Assembly (NCBI GenBank): GCA_016124955.1
Contig: WGMR01000007.1
Coordinates: 154,103 to 218,102, forward strand
Length of the DNA stretch: 64,000 nt
Source of the DNA: Alphaproteobacteria bacterium
GTDB lineage: Bacteria > Pseudomonadota > Alphaproteobacteria > UBA9219 > RFNS01
Direction of reading: 5' to 3'
Position numbers and translations under genes: made by a program. Positions within the stretch are counted from its first letter, which is position 1; each line of letters opens with the position of its first letter. This document shows positions 57,897-64,000 of the stretch, in pieces. The notes beneath the pieces were generated by a model. The model was not told the DNA's origin and made no database searches. It was given only the letters and a program-made list of their open reading frames with translations.

Positions 57897-58538
57897 ATGG
57901 CCATCCGCGACGCCGTTCAGACCATTGTTAATCGCAACGCTTATTACCGCGATGGTTACAGGCTTATGCTGCGGCTCAGCATCATCCTCGCGCTCGTTAT
58001 CCTTGTGCTCACCGGGTCGCTGATCGGCATGATTGTCACCACCAACGTGCAGCATGTGTTTTTCGCCACCACATCGGACGGCCGCATCATGCCGATCGTG
58101 CCGCTGAGCGATTCCTTTATCAGCCGCGGCGACCTGGTTTCGTGGGTGGCCGATACAACCAAGCGCGTGATGCAGTTCGGTTACCACGATTACCGCGAAC
58201 GGCTGCAGGATTCGGCGCAGTATTTCACCGCCGATGGTTGGGAGAGTTTCACCAAATCCGTTTTGAAGGAAGCGCGCATCATTGAAACCATCACCGCGCG
58301 GCGTCTCGTTGTCGATGCCGAAATCGATGCCGCGCCCGAAGTGGTGGCCGAAGGCAATAACAACGGCATCTATACATGGGTGGTGCGCGTGCCGATCACG
58401 GTCAAATATATGGGCGACAAGGCGCCGGCCGAACAGCGGCTTGATCTGCAGCTGACCATCGTGCGCGTCTCGACGCTCGAACGTTCGAAGGGCATCGGCA
58501 TCAAGCAATGGATCGCCGCGCCGCGGCAGACGCGTTAA
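57897..58538 (+). CDS. icmL: Dot/Icm type IVB secretion protein IcmL/DotI (TraM family)
   Basis: RN.YYRDG, FFATTSDGRI.P, DYRE.LQ..YFTADGW..F, W.VR.P..V.Y, RVSTLE..KGIGI.Q. Confidence 0.92.
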   Translation: MAIRDAVQTIVNRNAYYRDGYRLMLRLSIILALVILVLTGSLIGMIVTTNVQHVFFATTSDGRIMPIVPLSDSFISRGDLVSWVADTTKRVMQFGYHDYRERLQDSAQYFTADGWESFTKSVLKEARIIETITARRLVVDAEIDAAPEVVAEGNNNGIYTWVVRVPITVKYMGDKAPAEQRLDLQLTIVRVSTLERSKGIGIKQWIAAPRQTR

Positions 58539-58544
58539 CGCCCC

Positions 58545-59330
58545 ATGGCAAATCAGACTGCCCCACCGAAAAACCCGGCCGCCGCAGCGGGCGCCGCGCT
58601 TTCGCGGGCGCTGGTGCCGCTGCGCCGCGGGGGGACGGAAAGCGCAACCGTGCGCACGCGTCCGCGCGGCAAGGACGGTCCGTTCGGCCTGTTCGACGAC
58701 ACGCTCACGGCCGCCGAGGCGCGGCTTGATCTTCGGACCTTCCACGCGCGCTTCACGCGTTTGCGCCGGCTTGTGATGATGGAGGTGTGGGCGATCATCG
58801 CGCTTGTGGGGCTGATGATTGTCGGCGTGCCCATGCTGGGCACCAAGAACGTCTATTTCGCCACCACGCCTGCGGGGCAGGTCAAGCGCATGGTTGCGCT
58901 GACCATGCCGAACATGACGCACCAGGCCGTGCTTTCGTGGGTGACCACGACCGTAACCCAGGTCATGACCTACAACTTCGCGAACTTTAACCAGGAGATA
59001 TCGAAGCATCAGCGCAAGTTCCTGTCCAAAAGCTGGGAACAGTTCGTCAAGGTTCTGCTGCAGGACGACATGCTGAAAAAGTTCCAGCAACAGGAATTGG
59101 TGCTGACGACGGCGCCGTTCGGCGCGCCCGTGATCACATCGGAAGGGGTTGTGGACAAACGCTATCAGTGGGTTGTGCAGCTGCCCGTTATCATGAACTA
59201 TGTGACCAACAACAACCGCAGCGTGCAAAGACGCAATATTGTTGAATTGACCGTGGTGCGGGTGCCGACCACGGAAAACCCGGACGGCGTTGCCATCAAG
59301 GTGTGGAACGCCAAGAAACGTAAGGAATAA
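58545..59330 (+). CDS. icmL: Second IcmL/DotI family protein
   Basis: YFATTP.GQ, VLSWV, MTYNFANF, F...W..F, W.VQLP..M.Y, V.RVPT.ENPDG.AI. Confidence 0.88.
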   Translation: MANQTAPPKNPAAAAGAALSRALVPLRRGGTESATVRTRPRGKDGPFGLFDDTLTAAEARLDLRTFHARFTRLRRLVMMEVWAIIALVGLMIVGVPMLGTKNVYFATTPAGQVKRMVALTMPNMTHQAVLSWVTTTVTQVMTYNFANFNQEISKHQRKFLSKSWEQFVKVLLQDDMLKKFQQQELVLTTAPFGAPVITSEGVVDKRYQWVVQLPVIMNYVTNNNRSVQRRNIVELTVVRVPTTENPDGVAIKVWNAKKRKE

Positions 59331-59477
59331 GGATGATTTGCCCGGGCAAGGCTGAAAAGTACCGGTTTTGTGTGGCTGCGGGGCAACCGGGCCCGGTCAA
59401 GGGCCGTGCCCGCACATGGCGGGTCGCCAATTTGCTTAACGCCCTGCATAATAAAGGTTATAACCGGAAAATAAGGT

Positions 59478-59484
59478 TGATTCG
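59478..59484 (+). promoter_or_regulatory. TGATTCG (extended GANTC) motif upstream of icmK
   Basis: In a 221 bp intergenic gap, about 70 nt before the icmK start. Confidence 0.35.
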
Positions 59485-59551
59485 GCGCGCCACGGCGCCG
59501 TGCCAGCCGCGCGGCGGTCCCGGCGAAACGGGGCCCGGTGAAGGATTGTGT

Positions 59552-60544
59552 ATGCGCTCGTTGCCCATGTTCCCAGCCCTGCTGATGCTGTGCGCCTTTC
59601 TGGCGCTTATGCCGCGCATGGCCGGCGCACAGGAAGGCGGCATTGATCTGCCTGCGCCGCCGCAATCCGGCGAAATTACATCCGATCCCGATCTTTTGAT
59701 GATGGAAGCCAGCGAAGCGGCTGCGGCGGCGGAGATGGATGCCGAGCAGGAGCGTGCCAAAGAAAAGCACAATGATTTATCCTACGAGCGCGCGACCATG
59801 AGCACGCTGCCGCTTTCGCCCGAACAGGTGCGCGCCTTCATGCGCCGCCTTGAAACCACGCAGGAAGCGGCGGTGCCGCCCACGACCGGTGCGCCGAAGG
59901 GCGAGGTGAAGGTCCAGACCGTTTCGCTTGATCCCGGCGTCGATCCGCCGGTCGTCAACGTGGCGGCCGGTTATGTCACCACGATCGCGATGCTGGATTC
60001 GACCGGCGAACCGTGGCCGATCCTCGATGTCGGCGTCGGCGGCAACTTTGAAGTGTCGCCCACCGCCGCGGGCACGCATGTTGTCCGCATCACGCCGCTG
60101 ACCCGTTTTGGCGATGGCAATATCTCGGTCCTGCTCAAGGAATTCAAGACCCCGATCATCTTCCGCCTCGTCGCCGGCGGGCCGAAGGTGCATCTGCGTT
60201 TCGATGCCCGCATACCGATGATAGGGCCCAACGGCAAGGCCCCGCTGATCAGCCGCCCGCGCCTGAGCGCCGGCGACGCCCTGATCATGGCGTTTCTCGA
60301 TAACGCGCCGCCGCGCGATGCCAAGCGCCTGAAGGTTGGCGGCATGGATACGCGCACCATGGCATGGTCGATGGGGGAAAAGGTTTTCGTGCGCACGCCG
60401 CTGACCTTGCTGTCGCCCGCCTGGAATGCCAGTGTTGCTTCATCGGACGGGATGACGGTTTACGAAATAGGTGATGCGCCCGTGCTGCTTTTGTCGGATA
60501 ACGGCGCGATGGTGCGGGCACGCCTTGCGCGGGAAGAAGAATGA
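59552..60544 (+). CDS. icmK: Dot/Icm outer-membrane core protein IcmK/DotH (TraN family)
   Basis: Signal peptide; LPLSPEQV, VSLDPG..PP.V..A.GYVTT..LDSTG.PWPI, GN.SV.L...TP, R.D.RIP..GPN. Confidence 0.92.
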   Translation: MRSLPMFPALLMLCAFLALMPRMAGAQEGGIDLPAPPQSGEITSDPDLLMMEASEAAAAAEMDAEQERAKEKHNDLSYERATMSTLPLSPEQVRAFMRRLETTQEAAVPPTTGAPKGEVKVQTVSLDPGVDPPVVNVAAGYVTTIAMLDSTGEPWPILDVGVGGNFEVSPTAAGTHVVRITPLTRFGDGNISVLLKEFKTPIIFRLVAGGPKVHLRFDARIPMIGPNGKAPLISRPRLSAGDALIMAFLDNAPPRDAKRLKVGGMDTRTMAWSMGEKVFVRTPLTLLSPAWNASVASSDGMTVYEIGDAPVLLLSDNGAMVRARLAREEE

Positions 60545-62022
60545 TGGCTGATAACGAAGACGATTTCGAAGAACAAGCCGCCGGCTTCGAGGAGTCGATG
60601 GAAGAGCCCGTCCTTTCCGAAGATACGGAAGACGGCGGCGCCGGTCGCCGTGAACGCATGATGGCGAACGTGTCGGAAGCTTGGCGTACGCAGCCCTTCT
60701 TCAAGCTTGTTGTCGTTATGATCGTGGTTGCGGCCGTGATCGCTTCGATCATGAGCCTGACCAGCAGCCCGAACACCCCGGTTCCCTCAAGGGTCGCGAG
60801 CACGCCTGACCTGCGCGAAGCGCCGGGCGGCACCGCGACCCCTGCATTCATCGAAGCGCAAAAACAGGCGGCCGCACAGCGCGCCGCCGCGGCGCAAAAA
60901 ACCGGCGGCAGCGCGATGCCGACGCCGGTCGGCACCGGCATTTCGCTTGATGACCTTGAAAACAAGGACGAGAATGAAGGCGACAAGCTGGCGGAATTCC
61001 GCGACGAACTGGCGCGCATGAAGCAGCAGCAAAAGGTGCAGGTGCAGCAGATCCAGCAGCAGGTGAAGCAGCAACGCCCCGAACAATTCGACGACAAGCT
61101 TTCGCAGGCGATGCGTTCGCAGATGAACCAGTTGCTTGAAGGCTGGCAACCAAAGCAGCTGCAGCTGGTTTCCGGCACTTCGTTGAAGGACGAGCTGAAG
61201 GCGAAGGATGATGCGGGCAAGGATGGCGGCAAGGATGCCCCGGAAACCGCTGCGCCGCCAAGCACCATCCTTGTGCCGGCGGGCACGGTCAATTACGGCC
61301 AGATGCTGACGGAAGCGAATTCGGATGTGCCTGGCCCGATTTTGGCGCAAATCCTTTCCGGCCCGCTTGCGGGCGCGCGCGCGGTCGGTTCGTTCAAATA
61401 TTTCGAAGAATATCTTGTGCTGACCTTTAATCTCATCAGCTACAAGGGCAAGGATTATTCGGTCAATGCGCTCGCGCTCGATCCCGAAAGCACGCTCGGC
61501 GGTCTCGCGACCGAAGTTGATCACCGTTACTTCACGCGTGTGATTTTGCCCGCCGCCGCCGCTTTCGCGCGCGGTATCGGGCGGGCGCTGGCGCAAGGCG
61601 GATCGACCACCACGATCAACAACGATACGACGTTGCAGGAACAGGGCAAGAAAAGCATCAGCCAGGGCGTGTATGAAGGTTTGAGCGAAGCCGGGGAAAC
61701 GGTCGGCACCTTCCTGCAGCAAAAGGCGGATGCAACCAAGACGCTTGTGCGCGTCGCTTCGGGCGCGCCGATCGGGATTTTCTTTGTCGAATCGGTCACA
61801 GACCGCGCGCCGGAACCGCCGTCCTATGCGCCCTATGCCGGCGGCTATTACAACGGCGCCGTGTCGCAAGGCGGTTACGCGCCGCAAGCCGGCTATGCGC
61901 CGCCCGGCAGCGCGCCCGCATACCAGGCCGGTGCGAATGTCACCAACTATCCGCAGCCGGGTTCGGTGCCCGTCCCCAGCACCGCGCCCACAAATGCATC
62001 TTATGCGGCCCCCGCGCCCTGA
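60541..62022 (+). CDS. icmE: Dot/Icm core protein IcmE/DotG (VirB10/TraO-like)
   Basis: Single TM, Gln-rich coiled coil, AGT..Y..M..EANSD.PGP.LA.I.SGPL.GA...GSF, A.A.DP....LAT.VDH.YF. Confidence 0.9.
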   Translation: MMADNEDDFEEQAAGFEESMEEPVLSEDTEDGGAGRRERMMANVSEAWRTQPFFKLVVVMIVVAAVIASIMSLTSSPNTPVPSRVASTPDLREAPGGTATPAFIEAQKQAAAQRAAAAQKTGGSAMPTPVGTGISLDDLENKDENEGDKLAEFRDELARMKQQQKVQVQQIQQQVKQQRPEQFDDKLSQAMRSQMNQLLEGWQPKQLQLVSGTSLKDELKAKDDAGKDGGKDAPETAAPPSTILVPAGTVNYGQMLTEANSDVPGPILAQILSGPLAGARAVGSFKYFEEYLVLTFNLISYKGKDYSVNALALDPESTLGGLATEVDHRYFTRVILPAAAAFARGIGRALAQGGSTTTINNDTTLQEQGKKSISQGVYEGLSEAGETVGTFLQQKADATKTLVRVASGAPIGIFFVESVTDRAPEPPSYAPYAGGYYNGAVSQGGYAPQAGYAPPGSAPAYQAGANVTNYPQPGSVPVPSTAPTNASYAAPAP

Positions 62023-62068
62023 TGCACGCGGTTGCGTCGCGCCACGCACTTTTTGACCGGAGCAGGCC

Positions 62069-63472
62069 ATGAACGACGATCCCTTCAAGAACGACGATCA
62101 GATCCCGGACGACGATTTCGGCGCCGCCGACGATCTTGGGCAGGATCAGTTCGCCACCGAGACGTGGGACGACGGTCAGCCGCCGGTTGACGATTTTGCC
62201 GACATGCCGGCGGATGGCGAACCTGATCCCGCGGCACAGGCCGCTGCACCCGGCCCGGGACAAGGCGGGGAACAGGCTGTTACGCCGGGCCGTAAAAAAT
62301 CTTCAATCCTGATCATGCTTGTCGTCGGGGCCGTGAGCCTGCTCGCGATCGGCGGCGTGGGTTATACGTTCCTTGCGGGCGGACAGACGTTGCCGCCGGC
62401 TATGCCGGCGCCGGACGAAGCTGCGCCGCAACCCGATATGGAAGCAGCGGCGCCGACAACCGGCAGTGCCATGCCGGGCATGGCCATGGATGAAAGCGCG
62501 GCCGACAAGCAAGTCATGGCCAGCGGCACGATCTTTGACGGCATGGAAGGCGCGGCGCCAACGACCCCGGCAGTTGAAGCGGACATGTTGCCGCCCATCA
62601 CCACGGGCGCGCCGGAAAATATCGTGACCGACATGGCGCAAACCGAAGACCTTTCCGTTATTCTGGGGCAAAATGCGCCGCCGGCTGCGCAGGAAGAACC
62701 GGGCCCCGCCATGCCGCCCGCGCAGGAAGCAACCGCGCCGGAACCCGTTGCCGCGCCCGCGCCGCTTGCGGAAACGGCGCTGCCGGTTTCCGAAGCGTTG
62801 CCCGCGCAGCCGGGTGAAGGTGAACAGGCGGTTGCACCGGTCGAGGTTGTGCCTGCAGCACCCGCTTCTGTTGCGGCTCCGGAAGCCGTGCCGGCCACGG
62901 CGGGCGATCTCACGCTTGCGGCACTGCAGAAAGATATCGATGCGCTGCGTCAGGACATTACCGGCATTAAGTCCGATGTCGGCCAACTGATGGCCGCCAT
63001 GGTCAACGGCGGCGCGGTTTCGGATACGGATGTCGGCGCAATCAACAAGCGGCTCGCGAAGGTTGAAGAAAAATTGGCCGGCGTCAGCACAACGCCTGCG
63101 GCCAGCGGGATTAAGGTCGAAAGCAAGACCGTGGTGACGCCCAAACCGACGGACAAAGATACGGCCATGGGAGAGCCGGAAAAAAAGGCGGCAGCGCCCG
63201 CGCCTAAAAAAACGGAACCGAAAAAGGCCGCGCCTAAAAAGACCGAAACCAAGAAGGTTGCCGCCAAGCCCAAGCCTGCCGCCAAACCCGCGCCAAGCTG
63301 GGTGCTGCGTGGCGCCGTGCAAGGCACTGCCTGGGTTTCAAAAAGTGCGCATTCGAGCGAACTGCTTGAGATCAAGGCGGGCGATGTCGTTTCCGGCATC
63401 GGCACGGTGCGCAATATCCGCATGGTCAACGGCAAGTGGCAGGTCGAAGGCAGCAAGGGCATTCTGCGTTAA
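62069..63472 (+). CDS. icmG: Dot/Icm protein IcmG/DotF-like with long Pro/Ala/Lys-rich linker
   Basis: Acidic N-terminus, TM, coiled coil, C-terminal W.LRGAVQG.AWV...GD.V.G.G.V..I; position after icmE as in Legionella. Confidence 0.72.
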   Translation: MNDDPFKNDDQIPDDDFGAADDLGQDQFATETWDDGQPPVDDFADMPADGEPDPAAQAAAPGPGQGGEQAVTPGRKKSSILIMLVVGAVSLLAIGGVGYTFLAGGQTLPPAMPAPDEAAPQPDMEAAAPTTGSAMPGMAMDESAADKQVMASGTIFDGMEGAAPTTPAVEADMLPPITTGAPENIVTDMAQTEDLSVILGQNAPPAAQEEPGPAMPPAQEATAPEPVAAPAPLAETALPVSEALPAQPGEGEQAVAPVEVVPAAPASVAAPEAVPATAGDLTLAALQKDIDALRQDITGIKSDVGQLMAAMVNGGAVSDTDVGAINKRLAKVEEKLAGVSTTPAASGIKVESKTVVTPKPTDKDTAMGEPEKKAAAPAPKKTEPKKAAPKKTETKKVAAKPKPAAKPAPSWVLRGAVQGTAWVSKSAHSSELLEIKAGDVVSGIGTVRNIRMVNGKWQVEGSKGILR

Positions 63473-63485
63473 CGGTGCCCGGCAT

Positions 63486-63510
63486 CCTGCCTTTTCTTGG
63501 CAGGGCTTTT
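63486..63510 (+). terminator. Weak intrinsic terminator after icmG
   Basis: CCTGCC-N7-GGCAGG then GCTTTT. Confidence 0.45.
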
Positions 63511-63589
63511 ATGGTGAATGCGCGCTTAACCCTTTTACCCGCCCAGAATCGCTGCCCGGATGATTGTTTCGAGTGCGAAATTACAAACT

Positions 63590-63596
63590 TGATTCG
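63590..63596 (+). promoter_or_regulatory. TGATTCG (extended GANTC) motif upstream of pilin-like gene
   Basis: AT-rich intergenic region; second GANTC at 63546-63550 and TTAA-N8-TTAA at 63635-63650. Confidence 0.35.
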
Positions 63597-63755
63597 TTTG
63601 GTATATCAGGGCATTCCGGCAAAATTGTCGAAAATTAAATCTTTCTTTAATGCTTTGCGCTTTCCTATAACTGTATGAACAGAAAGAATTTTCCTTGCGC
63701 CCCCCTTGGGGCTTCCGCTTCCCGTCGCGGCCCCGCGGCCGGGCGCGCTATCGCG

Positions 63756-64000
63756 TTGCCGGACCCCGTTCTTGCCGTGCTTAAAAACCCGCTTCTGTTT
63801 GCGCTGACGGTGCTGGCGGCCATGTTTGCCATGCCGGCAAACGCCTTCGCGCAATCGCTCAGCTTCGGCGAGATGATGTGCAATACGTTCACGCAGATGG
63901 GCGAGTTGCCGACCGTCATACAGATCATCTGCTATATAGGCGGCATTTTTGTAATTGCGCTTGGCGTGCAGATGTTGCGCCAGGGCGCCGAAGACGGTTC
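63756..64000 (+). CDS. IcmC/IcmD (DotE/DotP) or TrbC/VirB2 pilin-like protein, 3' truncated by window
   Basis: Open frame VLKNPLLFALTVLAAMFAMPANAFAQSLSFGEMMCNTFTQMGELPTVIQIICYIGGIFVIALGVQMLRQGAEDG; signal-like segment plus hydrophobic helix; expected position after icmG; start 63756 or 63777. Confidence 0.6.
   Translation, partial: MPDPVLAVLKNPLLFALTVLAAMFAMPANAFAQSLSFGEMMCNTFTQMGELPTVIQIICYIGGIFVIALGVQMLRQGAEDG

Noticed and set aside
1-64000. tRNA, rRNA, tmRNA, riboswitch, IS or CRISPR elements
   Set aside because: None recognised by eye in intergenic regions; an Infernal/Rfam and tRNAscan run would be needed to exclude them

Overview
Chromosomal window of a GC-rich alphaproteobacterium, judged from gene order (xerD-accA, secA/PPIase-argJ-GNAT-mutT, ruvX/gatCAB), DUF1036 and GcrA-like genes, and CtrA-like and GANTC motifs. 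I found no rRNA, tRNA, CRISPR array, transposase or phage gene. Housekeeping genes (xerD partial, accA, msrB, secA, galE, argJ, mutT, ruvX, gatC/A/B, sodA, HU, lnt, acnA) are interleaved with accessory modules. (1) gatCAB is interrupted by a coupled polytopic membrane protein and followed by an asparaginase and a divergent GNAT-like gene. (2) An AT-richer islet at 19.8-21.8 kb has two apparently frameshifted envelope genes. (3) A ~14 kb glycan locus encodes a tandem nucleotidyltransferase, PDE-like protein, class II aldolase, CDP-6-deoxyhexose enzymes, GtrB-like GT2, flippase-like protein, FAD oxidoreductase and GT-C-like protein. (4) A complete sigF-nrsF/bufferin (DUF2282-DUF692-DUF2063-DoxX) metal-stress RiPP locus has two exact GTAACC-N16-CGAA promoters, and an orphan nrsF lies next to a Tat-exported MsrB. 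(5) A stand-alone ClpA/B D1-only ATPase lacking the pore-loop tyrosine is coupled to lnt. (6) From 57.5 kb to the window end is a Dot/Icm (type IVB) secretion core cluster (icmL, icmL', icmK, icmE, icmG, pilin-like) headed by a GcrA-like HTH/Zn-finger gene. Calls come from manual motif recognition with no database searches. Start codons were trimmed by eye using RBS and overlap logic.
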